A stretch of DNA of 63,793 nt, filler included. It is 8 parts of 8 records of this genome, joined end to end, with 100 filler letters (N's around TTAATTAATTAA, not from the genome) between each part and the next. Parts side by side here need not be neighbours in the genome. Positions count along the whole stretch, not along the records: positions 39,876 to 45,404 come from SRR31156797_39464; positions 45,505 to 55,218 come from SRR31156797_39467; 6 more parts are not named here. The stretch is one strand, 5' to 3'. The position numbers were made by a program, and so were the translations under genes. Each line of letters begins with the position of its first letter. Position 1 is the stretch's first letter. Positions 40,070 through 49,307 of this stretch are shown in pieces. A model generated the notes under the pieces. It saw only the letters and a program-made list of their open reading frames with translations. It had not been told where the DNA came from and did no database searches.

Positions 40070-41524
40070 TTGATTAAAGCGATAAAAATAATACTGCCCA
40101 CAGTTTCGATACTGTTCTCAGTCTCATCTTTTGCAAACTCGCTCCCTGAGCGTATCGACTCGTTTGTGTCGCTATTTGATTATGATTCAGCGGTGGTTTC
40201 CTATGATATTCGAGGTATTCAAACCGATTATCCCACACGCTTATTGACGCCTGAATCTATGTTGCCCCAAACGGCAGACTATCCGGTTAAAGATATTCAA
40301 CTGTTATATAAGCTTGCACTGAATTGTGCTGGCAACCTTCCTTTAAATCCGTTGGTTACGGAACCATTGGTATTTACAAGAGCAACATGTAAAGGAACGA
40401 AATTACCATCCAGTTGGTTTGCTCGAAGCGGGCTCATTCACCCTGGTGGTGGTACCTATGCAGCTCGTTATGTCAGCAAATATCCAGATAAGTTAGAAGA
40501 CTTGCAACAATACATGCATATTCAAGAGCGTGCAGCAGCGGCGCAGAATACGCTATTAGGTCGACTGCAAGCGATGACTGAAGATTCCATTACCGCTCTG
40601 ATCTCTGGCGCAACAATGTTTGCAGAAGGGGATGAACTTTGGCTGCGAAAAGGGGACGAATATTACATCTTTGATAAGAATTCGTGGGATACAAATGCAA
40701 CTGAAGCCGGTCTAACTTATAACATTGCTAAGTCGGATGATACTTGTTTTGTTCAGCGTGGAAATATTTGCTGGGAAGTAGAAGATCATTCCGATCTTTT
40801 GCGTTTAAGTATGATCGCTCTGGTTATTGCCAACATAATGTTGGTCATTGGTTGGTCAATTTATCGCTGGAACAGTAAAAGACAAGAGATGAAAAGTCGC
40901 ATGTTGGTGCTACAAATACTCACCCACGAGTTAAGAACCCCCATTGCCAGCTTATCATTGACGGTAGAAGGTTTTAGACGAGAATTTGAACAGTTACCTG
41001 AGATCTTATACGATGAGTTTCGTAGATTGTGTGAAGATTCTCGACGATTAAGACAGTTAGCTGAAGCAAGTAAGGATTATTTGCAGTCAGACAATAAACC
41101 TCTTGCTACTGATTGGGTACCTTCTGTACAAGAGTGGTTGCAATTTAAAGTCGAAGAAGAATTCGATAATCAAATTGAATTGATAATAAAAGACGATATT
41201 GCAGCGAAATTGAATGTATATTGGCTAGGCACATGCATAGACAATTTAATACGTAACGCCCTCAAATATGGCGTTGCACCTGTGACGATCGAAGTGATTA
41301 CAAAACCTAATCTAGTCACTATAAAGGTCACTGACCAAGGAACATTAAGTCATAAGGATTGGCGTCACTTGCGCAAACCGTTCGTTAGTAAGAGCGGATT
41401 AGGACTTGGCTTAACTATAGTAGAATCGATGGTCGATAGAATGGGTGGAAAGATGAGCCTTATTGGACCACCAACTACTTTTATATTGGAGATACCCTGT
41501 GAAACAGACGTTGCTTCTTGTTGA
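40070..41524 (+). CDS. vxrA: Sensor histidine kinase VxrA (WigK), DUF3404 sensor domain
   Basis: SLPERID, Cys-containing periplasmic domain, LTHELRTP, Vibrio operon context. Confidence 0.92.
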   Translation: MIKAIKIILPTVSILFSVSSFANSLPERIDSFVSLFDYDSAVVSYDIRGIQTDYPTRLLTPESMLPQTADYPVKDIQLLYKLALNCAGNLPLNPLVTEPLVFTRATCKGTKLPSSWFARSGLIHPGGGTYAARYVSKYPDKLEDLQQYMHIQERAAAAQNTLLGRLQAMTEDSITALISGATMFAEGDELWLRKGDEYYIFDKNSWDTNATEAGLTYNIAKSDDTCFVQRGNICWEVEDHSDLLRLSMIALVIANIMLVIGWSIYRWNSKRQEMKSRMLVLQILTHELRTPIASLSLTVEGFRREFEQLPEILYDEFRRLCEDSRRLRQLAEASKDYLQSDNKPLATDWVPSVQEWLQFKVEEEFDNQIELIIKDDIAAKLNVYWLGTCIDNLIRNALKYGVAPVTIEVITKPNLVTIKVTDQGTLSHKDWRHLRKPFVSKSGLGLGLTIVESMVDRMGGKMSLIGPPTTFILEIPCETDVASC

Positions 41525-42158
41525 AGATGACAAAAACCTAGCTGACGGCCTTTTAGTGAGTTTAGAGCAAGCAGGATATGATTGTTTACACGCTGAAGCT
41601 ATTAGCGATGTGAAGCAGTATTGGGAACAAGCAGATTTAGTTATTTTAGATCGTCAGCTTCCTGATGGAGATTCGGTGCAGTCTTTGCCTGAATGGAAAA
41701 AACTGAAAGATGTACCGGTTATACTTCTAACCGCATTAGTTACCGTAAAAGATAAAGTAGCGGGTCTAGATTCTGGTGCGAACGACTATTTAACCAAACC
41801 TTTTGCAGAGGCTGAGCTATTCGCAAGAATTCGTGCACAGCTTCGTTCACCAGAAAATGACGGTACAGATGATTCAAAAGTTGAACTGCCTGATTTAACG
41901 ATTGATAAAGCAACACGTGATGTGTTCTTTAAGGGTGAGTCAGTCACGTTGACCCGCACAGAGTTTGATTTGCTACTTTTCTTAGCAAGTAACTTAGGGC
42001 GTGTGTTTACCCGTGATGAGTTACTGGACCATGTTTGGGGTTATAACCATTTCCCAACCACACGTACCGTTGATACTCACGTATTGCAGTTACGACAAAA
42101 ACTACCAGGTCTAGAAATAGAAACTTTACGTGGCGTTGGCTACAAAATGAAAGCTTAA
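41499..42158 (+). CDS. vxrB: OmpR-family response regulator VxrB (WigR)
   Basis: GTG start KQTLLLVEDD, LDRQLPDGD, TRTVDTHV, RGVGY. Confidence 0.93.
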   Translation: MKQTLLLVEDDKNLADGLLVSLEQAGYDCLHAEAISDVKQYWEQADLVILDRQLPDGDSVQSLPEWKKLKDVPVILLTALVTVKDKVAGLDSGANDYLTKPFAEAELFARIRAQLRSPENDGTDDSKVELPDLTIDKATRDVFFKGESVTLTRTEFDLLLFLASNLGRVFTRDELLDHVWGYNHFPTTRTVDTHVLQLRQKLPGLEIETLRGVGYKMKA

Positions 42159-43031
42159 TTGATGCGAAAGTTGTCATTAATTATCGGCACGCTAGCCTGC
42201 GTGCCATTTTTAGCAAATGGTGTAGAGTGGTTTGAAAACAACACGCCACTTACACAAGCACATCAGCGTCTGCTAAATAATGATTTAGAAAATATGTTTG
42301 TGTCTTTGGTTGAAGTTTGGCAATTAGAGCACAACAAAAACATCAAGAACCACTTAAATGACCTGTTAATACAATCATTAACGGTTGATTGCGGTAAGGG
42401 GTTAGATGGAAATCCATTACCTGGTTGGATCTCGTCTATCAATATTCGTCGTTTGGATATTCGTAGTCCAGGGCGAGACGCTTATCAAGTATTGGTTGAC
42501 ACCAAAAGCTCTAAAGAAATTGAAAATATCCAACTAACTCAATGGGTAAACAAGCCTTTTTCTGGCGATACCACCTTTAGTAAAATCACCCGCGATGCCT
42601 CTGATAGTTCATACATCAAACGTTATAACTTAAACAACAAGCCAGAAATGGGACTCTATCGGCTTGATATATCGACTGCTGATAAAGCATCGTGGAGCAC
42701 TTGGGTCATATTTACGGAAAGTAAAGCCAAACAAACAGTAAGATGGGCCTCGAAAGATAAATGGACTGTCGATAAAAATGCGCTTTTGAATCGCTACTGC
42801 CCACTGCCGAAACTCGATGTTAATGTCTATGACTATATCGATGGCAAGTACAAAGAAATATGGTCTCGAGAATATGAATCTGATTATCCGTCATCTTTAG
42901 ACACCAAAGATCTTCCGCCTGATCGTTACATTTTAGCGGTGTCTATGACCCATCATCGTTGGCAAGGGCCAATTTCAATTGAGCAATCACAAGTTATCAG
43001 CAAAACATATGATGTTTCTGTAGAGGAATAA
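42159..43031 (+). CDS. vxrC: DUF2861 periplasmic protein VxrC
   Basis: Signal peptide; WFE.NTPLTQAHQ; third gene of the operon. Confidence 0.85.
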   Translation: MMRKLSLIIGTLACVPFLANGVEWFENNTPLTQAHQRLLNNDLENMFVSLVEVWQLEHNKNIKNHLNDLLIQSLTVDCGKGLDGNPLPGWISSINIRRLDIRSPGRDAYQVLVDTKSSKEIENIQLTQWVNKPFSGDTTFSKITRDASDSSYIKRYNLNNKPEMGLYRLDISTADKASWSTWVIFTESKAKQTVRWASKDKWTVDKNALLNRYCPLPKLDVNVYDYIDGKYKEIWSREYESDYPSSLDTKDLPPDRYILAVSMTHHRWQGPISIEQSQVISKTYDVSVEE

Positions 43032-43090
43032 CTAAAGATAGTGGACAATAAGCCGTTATAAACGAAAAGGAACTAACGGTTTATATCTCC

Positions 43091-44275
43091 ATGAATAATA
43101 AAATTAAATATCTAGCACTTTCGATGTTACTTGCTGCGCCTTCTACGTATGCAGCTAATTATGCAATCGAAGCACGTGGTGACGCGATGGGTGGTGTTGG
43201 TGTTGTTTCAGCAAATTTTCTTACAGCCCCTTTCTATAACCCAGCATTAGTTGCCATCTATCGCCGTAACGACGACGTCGGTATGATACTTCCAAGTATT
43301 GGTTTCAATTATGATGATCAGGATGGAATGATTGATGATTTGGATACTATTTCTGACATCCTAGATAATGCAGATTCTGCCAGTGCAGCGACTATAGATC
43401 AGCTCGATACGGCCTTGAATGATATTGATGGCAGTATTTTAAACGCAGAGTTAGGTGGCGTGGTTGCTTTTGCGATTCCTAATCAGTTCATCGCAGCAAA
43501 TGTGTACGGCAAAGCTTATACCGAAACTTTCTCTAATCCGCAGATAGCAAGTGCAAGTTCGTGTGACGCAGCGCTCACTACTCAACAATGTACCATTGAT
43601 AGAGCTGAGAGAAGTACAGTAAATGCCGTATCCGTCGCTGTTACAGAAGTTGGTATCTCACTCGCTAAATATCAAACTTTTCTGGGACAACATGTTGCTT
43701 TTGGTGTGACACCGAAGTTACAACGTATCTATACCTATGTCTATGAAGCCAGTATGTCGAATTATGATTTGGCCGATGTGGCTGATAATGGCAATGGTGA
43801 AACCATGTTTAACCTTGATGCCGGTGCTCTTTGGTTTTATGGTCCATTTCGAATTGGTTTAGCTGCGAGTGATATGATAAGCCGTGATGTTGAAACTTTG
43901 ACTATTCCTTCAGCTGTTTCTGGAAACCCTTCAATCAGCTACCAATATGAAATGCGCCCTCAATACACAGTAGGCGCGGGTATTGTTGCTGATTATTTCA
44001 CATTGTCGGTAGATTACGATCTTAATGAAAAAGAGCGTTATGTAGACTTTGATGATAATACGCAGATGATTCGAGTTGGTGGCGAAATTGATATTCTTCG
44101 TCAACTTAAACTTCGTGCTGGTTACTACAAGAATCTAGCCTACAGCGACAGTGAAGGGACAGTAACTGCAGGTATTGGTATTTCACCTTTAAACCTTTTC
44201 CAATTGGATTTAGCAGCAAGTTATACTAACGAAAACGCAATGGGTGCTTATGTAAACTTTCTTGCGAGTTATTAA
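43091..44275 (+). CDS. vxrD: TraF-like outer-membrane barrel protein VxrD
   Basis: ARGDAMGGVGV, FYNPA, beta-strand pattern ending in Y; fourth gene of the operon. Confidence 0.85.
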   Translation: MNNKIKYLALSMLLAAPSTYAANYAIEARGDAMGGVGVVSANFLTAPFYNPALVAIYRRNDDVGMILPSIGFNYDDQDGMIDDLDTISDILDNADSASAATIDQLDTALNDIDGSILNAELGGVVAFAIPNQFIAANVYGKAYTETFSNPQIASASSCDAALTTQQCTIDRAERSTVNAVSVAVTEVGISLAKYQTFLGQHVAFGVTPKLQRIYTYVYEASMSNYDLADVADNGNGETMFNLDAGALWFYGPFRIGLAASDMISRDVETLTIPSAVSGNPSISYQYEMRPQYTVGAGIVADYFTLSVDYDLNEKERYVDFDDNTQMIRVGGEIDILRQLKLRAGYYKNLAYSDSEGTVTAGIGISPLNLFQLDLAASYTNENAMGAYVNFLASY

Positions 44276-44290
44276 CCAACTCTCTATAGT

Positions 44291-44317
44291 AGGCTCCTTA
44301 ATCAGGAGCCTTTTTTT
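44291..44317 (+). terminator. Intrinsic terminator after vxrD, overlapping the vxrE RBS
   Basis: AGGCTCCT-taatc-AGGAGCCT-TTTTTT. Confidence 0.75.
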
Positions 44318-44476
44318 ATGTTAGATGATTTCCCACCTCTAAGTCATGCAGAACAACAAGCTGCAGTCGAAAAAATTCAAGCACTCATGCAACAAGGTAT
44401 AAGCACTGCCGAAGCAATAAAAATTATTGCCGAGCAGATAAGGCAAGAGAAAAGCGAAAACAAAGACGACAAGTAG
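44318..44476 (+). CDS. vxrE: YoaH family small protein (VxrE), 52 aa; absent from the ORF track
   Basis: My translation [52 protein letters not shown] matches the YoaH pattern. Confidence 0.88.
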   Translation: MLDDFPPLSHAEQQAAVEKIQALMQQGISTAEAIKIIAEQIRQEKSENKDDK

Positions 44477-44497
44477 GGCACGTAAGTGCCTTTTTTT
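44475..44497 (+). terminator. Intrinsic terminator after vxrE
   Basis: GGGCAC-gtaa-GTGCCT followed by a T run. Confidence 0.75.
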
Positions 44498-44963
44498 GTG
44501 CCTGAAATCCTACCAAACCAACCCTTACAAAGGGTTATCTAGCTGAATAACCTAAGTAAAGCTATATTTATCATAAAGTTAAGGTAGCATAAAAAACTGC
44601 TGAATTATCCACAAAACTAGAACTGTAATAAAATTACAATCTAAATTACAACTGTAGATATTCGATAGCGGTTTATTCTGAATCGTTACAGTGTGAACAC
44701 TTACTACTGTGTCACTTACGTAAATAACGATGACGACTGACACATAGCCCGGGATATCTGATGTGAAATAACAAGGAAATCGAAGCACCGTTATTTGGTA
44801 CAACATGGTGCTACTCATGAGGGAGGTTTGTAGTTAGACAACAGTATCTATGGCACTCAATGATTAGTTACAATGTAACCAAGTTCAATTTAATCCAATA
44901 CATATAGGACTTAAAAGGCTAAAACTCATGGTTGCTGATTAAACGACACAAAACTAAATAGGG

Positions 44964-45329
44964 TTAATTTGTGCTGCGTCCTTCAAACCAGTCGTGGTGA
45001 GAGCTGTCAATCTGTACGAGTTCTCCCAGGCAATCACGACGATAACGAGGCTGATAAACACAACGCTTACGCTGTGAGTGTGGTACCCAAAGACCGTCTG
45101 CGATCATCCATTGACGAAGCGTCTCTGAAGAAATTTTGAGATTATGATGTTCAGAGAGTTTTCCTAGTGAAAAATCAGCGTATTGGTCACGAACAATGTT
45201 TAACACATCATTACCAAATGACGACGATTGCTCGGACGACCACGAGCGGCATGTGCCAGTTTAAAACCATTAAGCATGAGAGGACATTTCTAAGTTACCC
45301 AAACCGGACATTATTAAATTGTCCTTACA
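44964..45329 (-). mobile_element. Decayed IS1202-type (ISNCY/IS481-related) insertion sequence: left end plus transposase fragments
   Basis: Minus-strand end TGTAAGGACAATTTAATAATGTCC...AAATGTCC. Fragments LAHAARGRPSNRR and SETLRQWM...RRDCLGELVQIDSSHHDWFEGR lie in different frames. Confidence 0.85.
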
Positions 45330-45334
45330 ACCCT

Positions 45335-45362
45335 AGTTCGCATTATCTATATTATGTTAAAT
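45335..45362 (+). other. XerCD dif recombination site (probably Vibrio chromosome II dif)
   Basis: AGTTCGCATTA-TCTATA-TTATGTTAAAT: 11-6-11 layout with a perfect XerD arm. Confidence 0.9.
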
Positions 45363-45504
45363 ATAGTTTTGAATATACATGTTAGTAAGACTTTTACTTC
45401 TGCTNNNNNNNNNNNNNNNNNNNNNNNNNNNNNNNNNNNNNNNNNNNNTTAATTAATTAANNNNNNNNNNNNNNNNNNNNNNNNNNNNNNNNNNNNNNNN
45501 NNNN

Positions 45505-45993
45505 GGCCAGAGGCAGAGGATATCCATCGCCCGGGCCCTGATCATGAATCCCGAGCTGATGATCTGCGACGAGGTCGTTTCGGCCCTGGACGTATCCATC
45601 CAGAGCCAGATCCTGGGCCTGCTGCTGGACCTTAAGAAGCAGTTCAACCTGACCATGCTCTTCATCGCCCACGATCTGACGGTGACCACCTACTTCTGCG
45701 ACCGCATAGGGGTCATGTACCGGGGCAGGCTGATGGAGGAGGCCTCGGCGAAGGAGCTGGCGGAAACCAGACTCCATCCCTATACGAGGCTGCTCTACGA
45801 CAGCATCCCCAGCCGCATGGACGCCTCGGCGGCCGTACCGGATTACGAACCCTTCGACTCCACCAGGCCTCTGGAGGGATGCCCCTTCTATCACCGCTGC
45901 CCGAAGAGGCAGGAGCGCTGCCTGGCAGAGACTCCCGCGTTCAGGGAGATCGTTCCCGGGCACAAGGTAGCCTGCCATTTTCCGGAGACCTGA
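45505..45993 (+). CDS. Oligopeptide/dipeptide ABC ATPase, C-terminal part
   Basis: GQRQRISIARAL, ICDE.VSALDVS, HDL, HPYT, GCPFYHRCP, VACH. Confidence 0.93.
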   Translation, partial: GQRQRISIARALIMNPELMICDEVVSALDVSIQSQILGLLLDLKKQFNLTMLFIAHDLTVTTYFCDRIGVMYRGRLMEEASAKELAETRLHPYTRLLYDSIPSRMDASAAVPDYEPFDSTRPLEGCPFYHRCPKRQERCLAETPAFREIVPGHKVACHFPET

Positions 45994-46098
45994 CGGCATC
46001 CCGGAACAATGCTATTATAAAAAGAGGACCGCCCGGCGCACTCCGAACGGTCCCTTTACTTTCACGCGGTCTGTTCCCCTCGGGGAATAGGCCGTTTT

Positions 46099-46457
46099 TT
46101 ATTTGATCTCTTCACCCCCCGCATCCACATTGTCAGTGTCGAAGCGTCTGGAACCGAGAACGATATTCTTCTCAACCTTCTCGCCGTTCAGGATCTTCAG
46201 GGCTTCCTTCACATCCAGATCGCCGCCGGTAGGGTACTGGAAGGGAGCGCTCATGATACCGTCTTTGACATAGGCGACGCCTTCATGGGGCAGGGAATAG
46301 ATGTCAGAACCCTCCAGGGCTCACCCAGGTTGCACTGGCTCATACCGATCACATACCTGGCCTCATCAGACGAGGACGCGGCTTCCTGCTGTCCGTTGGC
46401 AAACAGAGTGCCGCCGAGAACACACAGGGCCAGAATCATAGCGATTGATTTTTTCAC
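46099..46457 (-). pseudogene. Sugar ABC substrate-binding protein remnant with internal deletion and frameshift
   Basis: RBS AGGAGG, GTG KKSIAMILAL...FANGQQE...IGMSQCNLGEPWRV joined out of frame to LPHEGVAYVKDG...QYPTGG...ALKILNGEKVEKNIVLGS...*. Confidence 0.8.
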
Positions 46458-46499
46458 AATCTTCCTCCTAAGAAATTGTTTAATATGCGGAGGCCTCTG

Positions 46500-46575
46500 C
46501 GGACCAGTCCCCAGAAAGGTCAGCCCCATGACGCCCCGCCCGCCGGCCAGGCTCGTACCGCCGATAACGACCATG
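46500..46575 (-). pseudogene. RbsC-type sugar permease fragment
   Basis: MVVIGGTSLAGGRG.MGLTFLG signature only. Confidence 0.65.
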
Positions 46576-46890
46576 CGGGGCACCGCAACTACCTGAGAAG
46601 AAATATTCATGAAACCCTGGAGCTTTCGGATACGGTGGAAAAGGTGCTCGCCTGGGCCGAGGGCCGGGAGGATACGGTGATCATCATGACGGGGGACCAT
46701 GAGTGCGGCGGCTGTCTGTTCTGGATAACAGGGGCGCCGGAGAATACCCCGAGGTGAAATAGAGATCAAAGAGGCTACGGGGGTACCCGTTCCGGTCTAT
46801 CTCTGGGGCAGCCATGCGGAAGAGCTATCCAAAGGTATCAAGGACAATACGGACATATTCCATCTGCTTGTGACTGACGAAATCAAATAG
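46569..46890 (+). pseudogene. Alkaline phosphatase C-terminal remnant (frameshifted)
   Basis: DHAGHRN, DTVIIMTGDHECGG, then in another frame TGVPVPVYLWG...DNTDIFHLL*. Confidence 0.7.
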
Positions 46891-46927
46891 CTTTATCGGA
46901 TGAGGGGAGATGATCGCGTGTTCATCG

Positions 46928-46961
46928 GTAAATAACTGTAAATAATTACATATGGTTTACA
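46928..46961 (+). promoter_or_regulatory. Putative OmpR-family direct-repeat operator boxes
   Basis: GTAAA-N5-GTAAA followed by TTACA-N6-TTACA in an AT-rich patch upstream of DUF2202. Confidence 0.35.
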
Positions 46962-47023
46962 TTATATTCATATTTCATAGATATATTCTCCAGTATGACT
47001 CGAACGAGTACGGAGGTATTCAG

Positions 47024-47605
47024 ATGAACAAGAGTATTATTCTAACAGCGGCCCTTATCGGAATGGTAAGCGCATCCCTTTCTGCTGTTCCCCAGTTCAG
47101 AAACCGGAACGGAGAGAGCAGAACCAGTCTCGAGGATTTTCCAATTCAGGAACTGTCGAGTGCCGAAACAGAAGGTCTTCTTCTTATGAGGGAAGAGGAG
47201 AAAATGGCCATGGACGTCTATCTTGCCCTTGCTCAGAAATGGGATGCCCCCATCTTCAGGAATATTGCGGCCAGTGAAAAACAGCACAGCGAAAAGGTTG
47301 CAGAGCTTCTGGCTCGCTACGAACTTTCCGATCCGATCGATGAGGGTTCATCCCCTGGCATATATTCAAACGCCGAACTGAGCGAACTGTACCGATCCCT
47401 TGTTGGTCGGGGGAGTGAATCTCTGGCAGAGGCACTCAATGTCGGTGCGGAGATCGAAAGGCTTGATATCAGGGATCTGAAAAGACTGCTGGCCGAGACA
47501 GACAATGAGGATATAAGCCATGTGTATTCGAATCTTCTGAACGGCTCTGAACGTCACCTGGAATCCTTCTCCAGGGACCGTGGGCGGGGAAGAAGGCGGA
47601 GCTAG
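47024..47605 (+). CDS. DUF2202 ferritin-like protein with signal peptide
   Basis: MREEEKMA.DVY, F.NIA.SE.QH, IE.LDI.DL, NL..GS.RH; RBS GGAGG. Confidence 0.9.
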   Translation: MNKSIILTAALIGMVSASLSAVPQFRNRNGESRTSLEDFPIQELSSAETEGLLLMREEEKMAMDVYLALAQKWDAPIFRNIAASEKQHSEKVAELLARYELSDPIDEGSSPGIYSNAELSELYRSLVGRGSESLAEALNVGAEIERLDIRDLKRLLAETDNEDISHVYSNLLNGSERHLESFSRDRGRGRRRS

Positions 47606-47641
47606 TTCGGAGCAGGAAGAATCCAACAAAGAGACCGTATG

Positions 47642-47678
47642 AATTGTGGGGATCCCAGAAATGCTGATCCCCACAATT
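47642..47678. terminator. Hairpin between DUF2202 and the polyferredoxin gene
   Basis: AATTGTGGGGATC / GATCCCCACAATT, 13-bp arms. Confidence 0.6.
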
Positions 47679-47745
47679 TAGTATGTATCCGTTTTCTATT
47701 GACATCGCTCATCCCCCTCCATGATACTGAAATAAAGGAGAAAAA

Positions 47746-48579
47746 ATGAAAAAACCGAGAATCCGCTTCCGGGTCCAGATTGCGTTCTTCGTGCTTATCG
47801 CCCTGATCGCCATGAACCATGCCCTGGAAGAAGCCGGGACGCCTATCCCCGTCCTGGGCTCTGCGTCCATGCACGCCGTCTGCCCCTTCGGCGGGGTCGT
47901 CAGCCTCTACCAATGGTTCGCAGGCGGCACCTTCGTCAAAAAGATCCATGAGTCCAGCTTCGTATTAATGGGAATAGCCTTTGCCTCGGCCATCCTTCTG
48001 GGCCCCGTCTTCTGCGGATGGGTTTGCCCGTTCGGTACCTTTCAGGAGCTTCTGGCACGGATAGGCAAGAGGGTATTCAAAAAGCGTTATAACAATATGG
48101 TTCCCCGAAAAATAGATGGCATGCTTCGCTATCTGCGTTATGTCCTGCTGAGCCTCGTCCTCTTCAATACGGCCAGAGCGGGCACCCTGGTCTTTGCCGG
48201 TGTCGATCCCTATTACGCCCTGTTTCAATTCTGGACGGGAGAGGTGGCGATCAGCGCGTATACCGTCCTGGCCGTTGTCATGCTTCTGTCACTGGCCATA
48301 GAGCGCCCCTTCTGCAAATACGCCTGTCCCTACGGCGCCGTGCTGGGTGTATTCAATCTGTTCAGGGTCTTCGGCCTGAAGCGTAACCCTCACAGCTGTA
48401 TCGATTGCAGGGCCTGTGACCGCAGCTGTCCCATGAACCTGGACATCTCGACCAAAGGGGTCGTCCGCAGCCATCAGTGCATCAGCTGCTTCCAGTGCAC
48501 TTCCGGTGACGGGAACTGTCCTGTAAAAGAGACCCTGGAGTTCAAAACAGGCAGGTACATCAAGGGGAACCGGACATGA
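47746..48579 (+). CDS. NapH/YccM-like membrane 4Fe-4S protein
   Basis: CPFG, FCGWVCPFG, FCKYACPYG, CIDCRACDRSCP, CISCFQC...CP. Confidence 0.9.
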   Translation: MKKPRIRFRVQIAFFVLIALIAMNHALEEAGTPIPVLGSASMHAVCPFGGVVSLYQWFAGGTFVKKIHESSFVLMGIAFASAILLGPVFCGWVCPFGTFQELLARIGKRVFKKRYNNMVPRKIDGMLRYLRYVLLSLVLFNTARAGTLVFAGVDPYYALFQFWTGEVAISAYTVLAVVMLLSLAIERPFCKYACPYGAVLGVFNLFRVFGLKRNPHSCIDCRACDRSCPMNLDISTKGVVRSHQCISCFQCTSGDGNCPVKETLEFKTGRYIKGNRT

Positions 48580-49307
48580 GAGTATCCGCGAAAACCGCCG
48601 CCATCTTTCTGATCATCCTCTTTCCGGCCGGTATCCTCACTGCGAAATTCACGGGAGTATGGCTTACGGAAAGCTCCAAGATACCCGCGACCTATACAAG
48701 CGGAGAATTCGCCGGCGAATACAATCCCTCCGATATACGGGGTTCCTACAGCTTTGCCGATGTGGAGAAGGCCTTCGGCGTCCCCATTGAGATCATCGCC
48801 GAAGCCTTCGGCTTCTCGGGAGCTGAGAATCCTGCTGTCCTGCAGGTCAAGGAGTTCGAGGCCCTCTACAAGCCGACGGATCAGTGGGAGATTGGAACAG
48901 ACAGTCTCCGTTTGTTTACCGCTCTGTATATAGGCCGCCCCCACACGCCCGAGGAAACGACCGCCCTGCCCGGCCCCGCCGCCCGCATCCTGAAAGAGAA
49001 AGGAGAACTGTCGGAAGAGGAACTGGCCATGGTGAAGGCAAGGACCGTCAGCTTGGAAGACTTTATCTCCGGCGAGGCCGCTGCGGAAATGCCGGAGGGC
49101 CATGACGAGGGTGATGAACGGCTTGTCAAAGGGAAGACGACCTTTGCCGAGATACTCTCATGGGGAGTCGCTAAGGGAGAAGTGGAGAGCGCCCTTGGAA
49201 TGGATATGGGGCCGCGGGGCACGGCCATCCGCGATTACTGCACCGAAAATGAGATTGAGTTCGCTGATGTGAAAACCGGACTCCAGGCCTTGGTCGATTC
49301 GAAATAG
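48576..49307 (+). CDS. Hypothetical membrane-anchored acidic protein
   Basis: ATGA overlap with the upstream gene; N-terminal TM; YNPSDIRGSYSF, KGKTTF. Confidence 0.8.
   Translation: MRVSAKTAAIFLIILFPAGILTAKFTGVWLTESSKIPATYTSGEFAGEYNPSDIRGSYSFADVEKAFGVPIEIIAEAFGFSGAENPAVLQVKEFEALYKPTDQWEIGTDSLRLFTALYIGRPHTPEETTALPGPAARILKEKGELSEEELAMVKARTVSLEDFISGEAAAEMPEGHDEGDERLVKGKTTFAEILSWGVAKGEVESALGMDMGPRGTAIRDYCTENEIEFADVKTGLQALVDSK

Noticed and set aside
43091-44275. TraF-like gene as evidence of a conjugative element
   Set aside because: It is the chromosomal vxrD within the vxr operon, and no other tra genes are present.
44579-44818. 79-aa minus-strand ORF as a real gene
   Set aside because: No recognisable motif, and it lies in decayed DNA next to the IS relic.
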